Below are positions 39,318-52,300 of a DNA stretch of 64,000 nucleotides, piece after piece (positions within the stretch are counted from its first letter, which is position 1; the number at the start of each line of letters is the position of its first letter). The translations under genes were made by a program, and so were the position numbers. The stretch comes from Phallusia mammillata (Eukaryota), in NCBI GenBank assembly GCA_965637545.1, contig OZ281494.1, positions 6,262,001-6,326,000 on the forward strand. The letters are read 5' to 3'. The notes beneath the pieces were generated by a model. That model was not told the origin of the DNA. It worked only from the letters and a program-made list of their open reading frames with translations, and did no database searches.

Positions 39318-40326
39318 ATGCGTTACGTGGCTGCGTACCTTCTGGCTGCCCTTGGAGGCAATGAAAGCCCTTCTTCAAGTGATATCAAAAACATTCTTGG
39401 AAGTGTCGGCATTGACTGTGATGATGACAAACTTGACAGAGTTATGTCAGAACTGAAGGGAAAGAATTTGGAAGAAGTCATTGCTGCAGGTAATTAAGGC
39501 TATTAAAACAAAGCAGAAATTCACATTTCACAAAATGTCACTGACATCTGTGAATACAGTAACAGTGCTTCCCAAAATATTTTGTGAAGATTTTACTTAC
39601 CTCTTGTGGAACTATGTCCTAACCAAATATTATTAGAGAATAAGGTATTAAAAAAACATTTGGAAATCCTGCTACATGGGTTACAGCGAGGCCACATTGA
39701 AATGGCTTAGGTGTACAGTCACCACAAACACTAGTTTTCTGGTGCCACACATGGTCATTGCTTTCCAACCTGCTATTTACATGCCAATGATGAAAAAAAT
39801 TCACCATCTTTCGACTGATTGATTGTGATGTTTCTTCACTTTGACCTGAGGCATGTCATGCATTTTAACATTATCAAGCAACACAAGATTCTTTGCTTTA
39901 ACATAATAATCAAACATTTGTTTTTTGTCTATTAAGGTAATGAAAAGCTTGCCAGTGTGCCCTCTGGTGGTGGTGCAGTTGCGGCCAGCGGTGGCGGAGG
40001 AGAAGCCAAAGCTGAAGGTTTGTGTTGTTTGTTGATCACTGTTTGACTTTACCCTCCTTGATTCTTACCCAGTGACTGTTTAAATTCACTCTCACTCACT
40101 GTATTTACCTGGAGGAAAATTAATGCTGCTTTTGTGATTCTTTTCACTGTGTAGTGAAAATGTCACAACTGCCACATGTTTTTTGTTGTAATAGTTTGTA
40201 AATATATTGCAATTGTAAATTACCTAAAACTGTATTGTTGGTGTTTGAGCAGAAAAGAAAGAAGAGGTTAAAGAAGAATCTGAGGAAGAGTCTGATGATG
40301 ACATGGGTTTCGGATTGTTCGATTAA
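39318..40326 (+). CDS. RPLP2: 60S acidic ribosomal protein P2 (108 aa)
   Basis: Exons 39318-39489, 39937-40017, 40253-40326. MRYVAAYLLAALGGNESPS... and the universal P-protein tail EESDDDMGFGLFD*. AATAAA at 40354. Confidence 0.98.
39782..39853 (+). ncRNA. Intronic box C/D snoRNA with two rRNA guides
   Basis: C box ATGATGA 39787-39793, D' CTGA 39815-39818, C'-like GTGATGT 39825-39831, D box CTGA 39846-39849. Terminal stem catgcc/ggcatg. Guides TTCACCATCTTTCG (14 nt) and TTTCTTCACTTTGAC (15 nt) are complementary to conserved 28S segments CGAAAGAUGGUGAA and GUCAAAGUGAAGAAA (recalled). Confidence 0.92.
40052..40179 (+). ncRNA. Probable intronic box H/ACA snoRNA
   Basis: Hairpin 1: cctcc/ggagg base, cagtga/tcactg upper stem, internal pocket. 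H box AAATTA 40117-40122, 15 nt from the upper stem. Hairpin 2: ttgtga/tcacaa and ttttcac/gtgaaaa. ACA at 40174-40176 plus 3 nt. About 128 nt long, ending 73 nt before the 3' splice site. Confidence 0.6.
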
Positions 40327-41211
40327 ACCTCATCACAAGATCTTGCGCAATTTTAATAAATGCAAATGGTCTACAAATGTTGTAGTTCAATACAAATCAG
40401 CATGGTATAATGTTAGTATTAAAATAGTTTTTGTAACAAGCAGTGAGTGTTACAGATCCATGTTCACAAAATAGAAAGTTAGCTACAGAAATACTGCCTT
40501 GATCGGGGCAATACACACTGGTTAGTGAGCACATTTTATCAGAGTACTGCTCCTGAGCATCCAGCCTGTTAGTACCAATGCATTTAGTTTGGATTCAATT
40601 ACATATTATGAGAAGTGAGGAACCTATAGTACAGCGGCCTGCATGAATTCAACAACCTTAATGAGCCTAAACAAATTTTCATAAATACCCAATATGTAGG
40701 CAAGATTTATATAATACAGTTTAACATAAATCACGAATAATGACAATATCATGTAAGAAGAATACATCAACATGTAAGGATTTGGTGTATACTTGACTGG
40801 TCAAATTAAATCAGTTAAGTATGCAGCATTTGCAGTTTTCAAACCTAGAACAGAAATGGAAACCTGCAGCCAATAGGCTTTATACTTTTTTGTGGACCAA
40901 AATGTAAATACTGAAATTTAGCTGAATGTTAACTTACATGTAGCACCCTGGAGACAACATGGCAAAAAAAACTTGCCAACAGCCAGGATCGATTACTGTT
41001 AGGTGATCTTCACAAACAAAGTTTTCCTGGTCTAGAAGCATACACCCTCCAAAAGGCATAGCTACTGACCATAAGGAGTCCACTGTCTACTTCCACAAAT
41101 GAACAGAATTTGACCTTGGCAAATAGATTGTATTTTGACAATTGAACCGGGGTGAGTTGGAACATAACACAGAGAAAAATAAGTTCACAAGCACTACATT
41201 AGTGGAAGTCT

Positions 41212-43228
41212 TTAATATTCAGAAACTTCATGTAGACCATAACCCTCCACAGTCTTCAAACCCAGATCATCCAAAGTTGGTTGCAATTCTTGCATGAGAT
41301 AGTCGTAAATGTCTTGCCTTGATTCACATTTTATCTGCAAACACATTGTTGGGAATTATACGAACAGCATTCATTATAATTTATTAGTGTTTTTTTTAAA
41401 TAGAATTGAGTTTTTTTTAAATAGAAATAGAATTGAGTTTTTTAAATAGAAGTCTTAGGTTGTGATAAGCTGCATTAGGAGTCTTCTCTACAGTTGTGGT
41501 CAATACCTGAAAATACACAGCCAAAATTTATGTCTACTAAGTCAATACGCACCCTTTATACAGAAACATGGTAAAAATATTTTAATCACAAGTTTATTCA
41601 GCAGATCCTAACCCACAACGCAATAAACCAGGTTTTTTCAGTTTTGCAGTTTCACAAAAAGAATATATTATAACATTGAAAACACATTATTCTGAATAAA
41701 AATTCAATTTTACAGTTTTATGTTTTTATCTTAAATATGAAAAGGTGAGTGGATGATTTTTCTTGACATTGATTCTATTGTGACATGGTAGGATATGGGT
41801 TTATCCATCAAAGCCTCAGTATTGGATTTTATATATATATCTGTTTTGTGATGCATTGAACTTGCCCAACTAAATTCAGACAAAAACCAAATATTTGGCA
41901 GTTTTACCCAAACTACTGAACAAATACACACCACTTTTATTAAGATCAAAAGGTTTAAAAAAGTGTATTTGCACACAAAGAATGAATAAATCCATTTACC
42001 CTGACAAGCTCGAGCACCCTTATGGCAAACGGCAAATGGTTAAGTCTCCTGCAAGCATACAGTGCAGCTTGGATAACAGCAGGCTCAGGTACAGCATCAT
42101 GGCTGTGAAGATTCATGTAAGCAATTTTGAAGTCAAAGGCGTCCATATCCTGAAAAATATATATTTCTAAAAAAATGAACTTTTACTTCATACCAATTCA
42201 GTGAAAAAAATATATAATATAAATGATATTTTTAAAACTAAAGTGGCAAACACATTGCCAAGAGAACCCTAAATGTTATAGTAAATGTCAAAACATTTCA
42301 GGATCTTTGCATGCAAAAATATGCTGGCCATTTAGGTTTCACTCTTAAACTGAAAAGCCTTGACAAAACATTGTTAAAGAATTGTAATGCCACTTCCTAT
42401 TTACAAGCTATTTCCCCATGACCTAACTTATTGTCACCTTGTTTTCGAAGGCAGCAATAAATGCAGCATTTTCTTCCTCTGGTGTTATTAACGCAGAATC
42501 ACTAAACTTTCTCACCACTGGAACAGCTAAAATGAAGGAAGTTTAGTTTAAACCAAACGATACAAATATGGATCAAAACAAAGTTATATATATATATTGT
42601 TTTTCGTTATCATGTTTCACTTCTACTTGCCTAGAATCAAAATTGTATTTTTAAAATGCCAGATTGTTGAAATTCAACACAAAGTGCAGATAATACTCCT
42701 GAACTTAATAAAACAAATGTTTGTGTGGCAAAAACTTGAAGCAACTAAACAAATAAAAACACTGAAGAGTTGTTCAAAATGGGCTACTCTAAAACACGCA
42801 ATCTACACAATCTATATGAAATCTACAAATAAAAATGTTGACAGTTGGAATTAATATAGTTGCAAGCGTTAACGTGTGATACAATGCAGTGTTTAGTACC
42901 ATCCTAAACATATATGAGAATATCAAGACCCAAAGGGTTATCTGAAATGTAATTATAGCGTGAGTTTACAAACCTTCACCCCAGCCCAAGAAACCCTAAT
43001 CATTAACATTTTTATATGTTTTATTAGTAGATTGCGGATAGATTGCCACTGATTATGTAGATTGTGCATTTTAGAGCAGGGCTACTCAAATTGTGTTGCT
43101 CGGCGACCCCATTTTGAAACGGAAATTTCTATGTGACATTGTGACCCCTAGATTGGTATGTGCACAACTTTTTCGCGATGATTGCCTGCTTGCTTGTATT
43201 TTAAAATTACTGATGGAAAGAAATACCT

Positions 43229-43260
<32 letters not shown>

Positions 43261-43865
43261 CCATCTAATGTTGCCTAAAAAGCCAAATTTAATTTCTAAC
43301 TTGATACACATATTGACAGTCTTAGCTTTTACGACGTCATAATCTATATTGTGAGTGTGACGCTTGCAGTATCTGCTTTTTCGCATTGTTTGCACATAAT
43401 AGGCATAAAAAAGTTTGGGGTCGCGACCACAGTTTGAGAAGCACTGTTTTAGAGGACCCCTTCAAAATGGATGCCATCTAAAACTGCTCCAACTCTTAGC
43501 CCGCTTACCTAACACTGAAGCCACTTGGCCCACATAACAGGCTTAGTCAACTACAGGCCTTTGGAGTGGTTCAAACTGCCAAGCGCTCAACTAACCCCTG
43601 TTATGGCATGGGCTAATTGGGCTACTTTGGCTTTGGCATAGTGGGCTAAGCAGGATCGCAGTTTTAGATGTTACCACTTTAAAATGGTCACTCATTGGTC
43701 ACCAATGCATTCAATACACCAGGTTTACTGCAAACCTGAAATCTGCATTCCAAAAAGTGTTGAAAACTTAATTTTACACTCACCAAATGGTTTGATCTGA
43801 GAGCGTGAAGCTACTTGAACAGTTCTAGCAGTTGTTTGAACCAAACGAAATGCAGATCGAAACAT
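41212..43865 (-). CDS. COX5A: Cytochrome c oxidase subunit 5A, mitochondrial precursor (147 aa)
   Basis: Exons 43865-43784, 42526-42438, 42149-42000, 41334-41212, all in phase. Arg-rich presequence MFRSAFRLVQ..., then VPEPAVIQAALYACRRLN and IYDYLMQELQPTLDDLGL. Confidence 0.95.
41388..41451. repeat. Low-complexity tandem repeat (T-tract + aaatagaattgag)
   Basis: About three copies of tttttttaaatagaa(ttgag), in the last COX5A intron. Confidence 0.8.
43077..43446. mobile_element. hAT-type MITE in COX5A intron 1, containing a (TA)n tract
   Basis: Imperfect TIR CAGGGCTACTCAAATTGTG / CACAGTTTGAGAAGCACTG. Perfect TSD ttttagag (43069-43076, 43447-43454). Subterminal GCGACCCC motifs. Confidence 0.92.
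43455..43689. mobile_element. Unclassified MITE with about 48-bp imperfect TIRs
   Basis: Left gaccccttcaaaatggatgccatctaaaactgctccaactcttagccc versus reverse-complemented right gaccattttaaagtggtaacatctaaaactgcgatcctgcttagccc. No clear TSD. Confidence 0.7.
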
Positions 43866-44711
43866 ATTTATGATTATAAGTGTTTATCTCGCAACTGAAA
43901 AATCCTAAACGATAACACAAAGATAAATTAACATAAACTTTGAAATTATGGTTAAACAAGTAAAACAAAAGTTTTAACTGACATTCACATTTTTTCAAGG
44001 TCATTGTTTCCTAAACAAACTCCTTTAAAGGTGATATTCAAATTTTTTAACTAGCATTTCTTGAATAGTTTGGTTTTACATCAAAACTACTTTTTGAATA
44101 CCTTTACCTTGCAACATTTTCAAAGAAATGAAATTTACAAATTCGCATTTTGCACACGGAAGAAACTCAAACTACCTAGAAGTATTTTCGAAATTTTTAT
44201 TTGTCAAAATAAAGTACAAACACATGAAAATATTTTTAGTAAGTTTTTGTGTGCAAATAACCATCAATATCATTAATGTATCTGCAGAACAAATCACTGC
44301 TTAAGTACTAAACATAATCATAAACTATGTACAACTATTTAAAAATTGTTGTGCTGAAAAAATATTATTTTTCAGTAAAAAAATGTGAATATTTTTAAAT
44401 TGTACCTTAATAATATGGTAAACGGTTTGTGCAAAAAAAGTCATGTACGTGACTTCGAAAGATGACGTTTGTCTATTCATGCGTGAAAAAAATGAAAACA
44501 AAAAAGTGAATTGTTTCCAGCTAAATTATTCAGTTTAGCATAATTTATGATTGTTTGCTTGTGGTTAGCTGTGTTAATTATAATACTTAGTTATCATAAA
44601 TTGTTTTAATGATGCCTCATGCCATAGTTTAACCTGGAGGTGCAATTTATTTTTGTAGCCACGACTTTATTGTTTTAAAATGCATTTTATATTACATGTT
44701 TGTTGTATAGA

Positions 44712-46628
44712 ATGAAGCATATAATTTATATTTGTGTGTTATGCTTTTTGTTGAACTTTATTATACCCACAACAGAAACATTTTGTGATGATGGGCAGGT
44801 ATGATGACCTTTTTCGTATTTTTAATTTTTCAAAGGTAAGATGATGTATTGTGTTTTTACAGACTAACATTGAAATTGATCTTCATGGGGAATCAGATTG
44901 GAAGTGTTTGAAAACTTCATGGTCACTAAACAACATCACTAAGTCACCACCCTCCAAAAAATGTTATCCTCTCCAAGGGGTAAGAAAAAAGAACGTCTAA
45001 GATTTTGTGGTTTCCTAACTACCTTAATTAATTGGTTGTGGCGTTGTGAGTTAAAATACATGATATGTTTTGCTATGCAGGGTTCACATGTGTGCATTGA
45101 CAATGTCATTGATTCACTTTACCCAAAGGATGTTATTCCAAACAGGTAACAATTTAGTATTGTTTAGTGTTTACCGTCGTAACAAACTTTATTTTGTTGT
45201 GGTATATTTTTAGTGGGCCGCACCGAACAGTTTGGGCAGTATATGGTGAACATAAATACGTTCCACCTGGAAGATTTGTACACAATTTGGAGGTGTGTTT
45301 TCTTGCATCATTACATTTTGTTTCTGTAAGCACCACAATAAATTTTGTTTTAATGTTTTTCCAGCATGGTGGGGTAGTGTTTTTATATCATCCCTGTGCA
45401 CCTGTTCATTTAATTGAAACTCTTCGAAATGTTGCGAAAACATGCACATGGAAACATGTTTTTGCCGCTTATCGTAATCTCACTCAAGAATTTGTAAGTG
45501 TTTTTTTTAGTATGAATTAACTCGACACATTTAGTTTCCCTAAACAAGTATTGCTTTTACTTCTAGCCTCTTGCAGTATTGATGTATGGGTGTGTGTACA
45601 AAATGAACAGAATTAATTCTACTGACATCTCAAACTGGATTAGAGCGAGGGCTAAAAAGAGTCCTGAAGATGACAACAGACAAGGAGGTTACAATCACAG
45701 TTTAATTGAACTCTCATTACCACCAGTTATCCATGAGAAGCAAGAATTTTGCCCAGCAATTCCTGAACCAACACCCACACCAACCCCGACACCTCGGTTT
45801 GTTGGTTTAGTTTTTCTGTTGAATATGCAGTGTATGTAAAAAAGCTATTGCTGCCAGGCATAGTAAGCTCTTCTGGCGAGCTCTATAAACATGATGCAGT
45901 ATATGTGTTTTCAATTAATTAAACAAGGTTCTGTTAGTACTTGGAAATCCTAATTTGTCAATAATGTTTTCCAATTGTTTCATTTTCTATTTACAGAAAA
46001 TTTTATTATTACTTTGTCTTGTGTTAATGGAACATTTTCTAAACCTAAAGAATCAAAAAAGCTGGTTGAAAACAGATCAGACTTGCTTATTTCATTAAAA
46101 TATATCATATGCTTTCTTTTGTAGTACTGATGAAGCAATCTGGGCAGTAGGGTCTCTAGTATTTATTTGTGCAATTCTTATTGCTGCTGTGTGTTACACT
46201 AAACTATGGAGAAGCAAACCAGGATATGACAATTCCGGTGCAAAACTGTGGCATGATGGCAATGCTGGTGGTTCAATGAGTGTAGCAGGTACAATATTAA
46301 ACCTTACATGAACTTAATGTGTGAATCTGTTTTTGTGTTTGAAATGAACTTTAAATCTTATGTGCAACAAACTTTTGTCTTTGTGAATGGTAACATGGTC
46401 CTACAAATTGTTGTTGGGTATTATATATCCTGACGTTATCTGCCTTTTTGCATTGGAATTGTATGTCTACATTCCCCATTTCATAAATTAAACATATCAT
46501 TTAAAGCTGTTGTCCGCAAACTGCCACACATGATGAAATCAAAAATGAAAAATACACGCTCTGCTGCATCATCAAGTTTTTACACACGGATTGAAGACAA
46601 TTTATCATCATCTGAAGAAGAGTTGTAA
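44712..46628 (+). CDS. TP53I13: TP53I13-like / DUF3105 type I membrane protein (330 aa)
   Basis: Eight in-phase exons: 44712-44798, 44863-44979, 45081-45145, 45214-45292, 45365-45493, 45567-45796, 46125-46288, 46507-46628. Signal peptide, SGPHR...YGE...VHNLEHGGVVFLYHPC, PTPR-T-EA-W before the transmembrane segment, acidic C-terminus. Confidence 0.88.
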
Positions 46629-49355
46629 ATGCCTTCAGGGTTTTGAGCTGCTATGCTGTTCACCATATATTGATATGTTTAGAACATTACATAAGGCTTA
46701 TGTCACCTTCAAATGTCATGGTGAAGTTGTGGTTATAAGCATGTAGTGGATTTGTGTCTGTGCCTAAATCAGCTTTAAAATAAAAATGTAATGAAGAGAA
46801 ATCTGCTAAAAACAAAGTTTGTAGCCAATTTACCTATGGTTTAAACTGTTTTGAAGCTGTTTGGTTACTCATTACGGTCACTATCCTGTTACATACGTCC
46901 ATTTAGATATAGGGCTGTATAAATGTACTTGTTTGAAGCTGCTTTTTGTAATGAAGTTCCATGCAATATAGTTTCGAATGAGTTTATTAGAAGTATTGAA
47001 GCTTGTGGGGCTGTACAATAGTTTGGTTATTGTTGTCCAGACATTTTTGTTCCACGTACTTAAATCGCACCTTTTTTGTATGCAGTGTTAATTTATAATG
47101 GTCCGCAATTTGTTCTTTTTTCTGTTTTGGTACTTAACTTGCCGAATTGAAACAATTTCAGGGCTTTCATAATTGACAAGAACAACAAAGTAAGATTACA
47201 TTGATAATTGTGTCGATTACGTGTTGATGTTTACAGCATATAAATGTGAACCAAGTCTTTGTACTTAATTTTGTAGGCAATATTACACTAGCTGTGTTTT
47301 TATCTTCATGTTTTGATAGCAGTTTATAAGTTTAATTTGAAGCAAAACTAAATTTTGCTGATCAATTACTGAAGAAAGCTAAAAATCATAACTTTAGGAA
47401 ACGTTTTTTGTGTGATTTATGTGGTTGTCTGCAATTGTTTTTGTTTTGTACCACACACACACAATTGATATCTTTTTGTTGCTACATATGGTATGATTAA
47501 TGTTTATAAACAGTATGTGAGTCACATGTTTTGTACACATTGTGTCAATGTGGTAAAACATTCATTGAAAAAGATGCATATTTGTTAAATTTACAACAAA
47601 ATATTGTGATAAAGTATAACAATTTTTGGGCAAAAATGAATTACTTATACTCTGTCACATGTCACATTGACATTTTATAGTTTATAATTTTCAAATTGAC
47701 CTTGTAGCTCACAAACCCCCTAACTAGAAAATACCATTGTTTGTATTACATGTAAAATGCCTATAATGCTTGAAGTCGTAATTCCTTTTTTGGGGAAAAG
47801 AAACAAGTGATTAAGAACCTCTGGTTTGTAGCAATAACAACTAATCAATCCAATTGGCACTTATCTTTTGTTAATTTTTTTGTTGTTGTGAAACCAAAAC
47901 TTTGTACTCTTTAGTGTGTGAACTACAAAATGTTACCTGACGAAATAACAAACAATTGTTGTTTGTCTTTTGGACAGAGCTGTATGTTGCTGCCACCACA
48001 TTTGCGACTTTGTTGAGCACTTTCACATTAATAAAATCTTGCAATGTTGTGTTTTCAATTTGTTCATTTATAGCGTAGGAATAAATTTGTTCGTGTTCAT
48101 TCAAAAAAATACAGAAAAAAATTCTAAAATTCTATTTGAGCTATTCATTTTTAATCAGATATTTCAGTCTAGGCTTTCAGCTAGGCCTAGATTTTGAAGA
48201 GTTCACCCTAAAACATTTTAACTCATACTCAAGACACATTATATTGTGTTAAATATGGTAAAGTCAACAAGTACATAATAACCTGGAAATCAAGTCCATG
48301 AAGCACCGGTAAGTCATTCCAACTTAAAGGGTTTAATTTTAATTTAACCGCATAATCAGTAATGGTGACGATCAAGCGTAAAAAAAATGGTATGACTTAA
48401 TTATCATCATGCACGTTGCCTAAATTATTCTGACTTGATTTAATTGTAAGATTGTAGCTTGGAGATTGCAACATTTCATCATGTTTATGCTTAATATCAC
48501 GTCTGACATTCAGATTTGGCACCTGACTGAGCGTGACCTGCTTTGCACCAGATACTATTGTTTTATTTCAAACCAAGAGTCATATAACAGGTACAAAAAT
48601 TCGTTGAAAGACTTTAAGGGTGTCCAATAAAAACGCACGACAAAAAAAACGAACATTCAAAAAACTATTTTGGGGGTAGTCAAACTATGTACATGGGTGA
48701 CTTGTTGTCGACTAGAATAAAATCGGAATGAATCACTGTATCTCACAAATAAGTGCAATCATTGACTTACAACTTTATACACGTGGATATCGGTAAAACA
48801 CAAACAAATGTACAGCGCAAACTAGTGTAAAGATGTCAGCGCACTGATACAACGTAATCGCTTAATGCCCTTGGCTTTTATTACATCAGGGCGTCGCAGC
48901 TCCGAAATAAATCGTTGCCTAAAAAGATCGTATTTCGCAGATTTCCGGCAGATGATTGACAGAAAAACAGAATTATTTTGCCTCACATACTTTCGATTAT
49001 AAAATAAAAAGTAATGGAGGGGTAAACGTTCGGAAATAGATTAGAGGACTTCAACTTAAGGCAAGTTAAAGTACGTAATTACACGTATCACGTAATAATA
49101 TGGTTCAAATAAAGCCATACGTGCGCGAAAAGATACTACCTTCTAATTGTTTGACCTGGCACTCTGCATGCTTATTGCAAATCGTGTCTTCTAGCCATCT
49201 CCCTAGAGCGGCATTTGGATTTTCCCATTCGACGTTTGGCTTTGGTTTGCACTTACATTTCAAACTGCACGATTTAACCGACTTATAATTCTGTTTAAAA
49301 GCATACCCGAAATTAAAAGATGCAAACCAAACAGTGACGTCATAACTAGGACTGA

Positions 49356-52300
49356 CTATGACGTGGTAAAGGCAGGACACGGGCCAACAACAGCAGCAGT
49401 TGTTGCTTGTGGCAAAGTATCTGATTTTGCCCAATCCGGAAATACGTTTAAACCCCAGAATGCAATCCCGTAGGTGTTGATGAAAACGGTGATGACCAAA
49501 ACGGCAACTATATTGAGAAGCCATCCAGTTTTAATCTGCAAAACAAGTGTTATTGTTTGGTAGAAACCACGAAAGCTACATGTTGCCTGTTATTGTATTG
49601 GGATGAAAGCAGTAGTGGGATTCAGCCGGTCGCACGCGGTTCTATAGAACCGTCTCACGAAATTTTATGAGATCAACGAACCGGTTACCATTACTGGTTA
49701 CTGTCAAAGGACTTTTTGCAATAGATCCGGCCGAAAAATATGACTTTTGTGATAGAACTGACTGACACAAAATTGGAATACCACCACTGGATGAAAGTTT
49801 AAGGTCCACGATACCGAAATTTGCGCTTAAACATCTTGCTAATTCGTAAAAAAACAGAGACAAAATAGTTCCTTTTCCGATGTATAGACGTTAAAAATGA
49901 ATGACTAAGCGAGACTTTTCAGACTGTTTTCCCTGTTTAAAATGACCAAAATGCGAGATGAAAATTGGACCAATTAGAAATTGCTAGATTTTAGTATTGT
50001 GCTTTACACTCACCAAGTCTATGACTTTTAGATGTCCATAGGAGAAGGCTATAGCGTTAGATGGTGTTGCTACCGGCAACATGAAGGCCATGGATGACAC
50101 AATCACGGGAGGAAGCATCAGATAAAGAGGATGGATTTCAAGAGTTATTGCCTGTGATATAAGAGAGAATAGTTAGGTACCGAAAGGTTCGTTATTAGTT
50201 GCCTGTTTGCTTGTTCCAAAGTTTCTGTATTTACTTGTATTTTACTTGATTTGATAGTTTAGGAAACCTTAAACATCCAAAGCAAATCACCATAAGTCTA
50301 ATGACACAACGCGAGTTCAACTGAAAGAAGTTATGCCGCATCAATCCAACCTAGTTTAAGTCTAAAGCATTCCCACACGACAGGACATAGAAAAAATAAA
50401 TATCTAGCCTGCAATTGCATTTCGACTACACAGGCTTAGTGGTAAACCCATCGGAAGTTGAATCACAGGCACCGTTGCTTGCTGTGCATGCTGCACATAA
50501 CTTCTTATTAGGGGACCACCTGTTCAACTGTATGGTGCAGTGATTCTCAAACGCGGCTCTCAGGGCCGCATGCGACTTCCAACTATCTATTTTGCGGCTC
50601 GCACCAGGCCCCAGAAAACCACCAAAGATTGATATTTTAGCTTTCAAGGAAATAATCTTAAGTGATTTTCTGATGTCTCGTTTTTCTGAAAACCCATAGC
50701 GCCTTCAATTGGCTGACGCACTATCATATACAAATAATTATGATGCGAGCGTTGATATGCATGAAGATTTTCAGGGCTCATTCCATGCAATAATGTATGT
50801 TTATCTTACCTAGGCTAAATGATAGTTTATCAATCAATAGGTTACGAAATGATGGGCATTAAAACTTACAAGTTGAGCTAGAATGGGGGTGAATATAGAC
50901 GAGGTTGCAGTGTTGTTTGAAACTTGTGTGAAGAGACAAACCAAGATCGTACAAACGAGACATATCACCCAATCATCAATACTATCATCAAAGGCTAGCA
51001 ATTCACCCACCCACACAGAAAAGCCCGATTCCTGTAGACAAGATGACACTTGTCGGTATATTGCGGGTACGTAAGTTCAAGGTATATTTTGAAACAAATG
51101 CTACACACAAGATATAAAAAACCTTTTACAAACGTTAATGAGAAAAGAACTCCTATAAGGTACTCTGTGTTTTTTATTTGGCATCATTTATTTCTAACCT
51201 AAATCAAATAACACATGGCACAAAAACGTATTGCACAGTCAGTAGGAACAGTACTTGGTTATTTATGTTAAAACAAGTTGAATGAGACAAATCTTACAGT
51301 GGCGCCGTCTGCAAGGGCATATCCACCAGCAAATAAAAACAAGATATCCCATGGAAACATTCGGTGAACGGTTCGCCAATCAAGGATCGAAGGAACGGGT
51401 TTCTTGATTTCTACATATAAGTTCAAGAATATCGATAAAATGTTTTCAAACACTTTACCAAGAAATCTCTGTGTCTGAGGTTAAGTTGTTTGAAAGCAAC
51501 AGTTTAAATTACAATACTGAACAGCAAAATTTAACAATGAACAATAGATAAAAATGGAAATCATATACTTTTGGAACAAACTACAATATAAGACACAATC
51601 TCTAGTTTCTGCAATCACCCATTTTTTCGAACATTTTAAATCGACTTACTAGATTGATCTTGGCCATCGAAAATACTCGGTTTTCTATTGGGAAGAATGA
51701 ACAAAATAAAGGACATTGTGACGGCCACTGTGCCATCTGTGACGTAACCATCAGGAAATATGGTGGCCCATCCAGGCATGAAACCTGGTTCACGGAAAAA
51801 CCAGAGCAAGGTCGTGATCAGAAAGATGATCAATACGGTCACCTCACCCCACCTAAGCATTAAATATTAAATTTGTTATTGCGTCTCACCACTTTTCGTT
51901 CAGCCTACGCTTATTGACATACGAAAATGTTTTTCAACTCTATACTGTTTATGTTTTTTACATTTTAGCGAATGGTCATTTGAAAATATGGCACCAAACC
52001 AAATCGTATTTTCGAAGATTAAAAAAGGTTTTCAGGTATTCAGGTTTGTGTTATTTTAGTTTTAAGCAGATAATTTAACCAAAGTCTCACCTGATAGGTC
52101 CGAGACTATTGTATTCATTTCTTATCACTTGCATCGCAGCTTTTTCACCAGCAGTTGATTCACTTGGTCTCCAAAACCTCGTAATATCTCTCCAACTATA
52201 GCAAAATACGTACACATGTTCAATTATGTTTTAGAGCAGTGGTTCCCAAACTTTTTTCTTTTAAGGCGCATTTTAGAAAAAACTGTTGTGTTTTTTAAAC

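Noticed and set aside
47871-48104. 77-aa minus-strand ORF with an internal donor-like site
   Set aside because: No matching exons or domain, and it lies in AT-rich sequence between convergent 3' ends.
48121-48140. ATTCTATTTGAG, similar to the start of the Ciona spliced leader
   Set aside because: The match breaks before the splice donor and no Sm site follows, so it is not an SL RNA gene.
49105-49524. 139-aa minus-strand ORF overlapping the SLC13 last exon
   Set aside because: It is a shifted frame of a real exon running into 3' UTR, with no independent start or domain.
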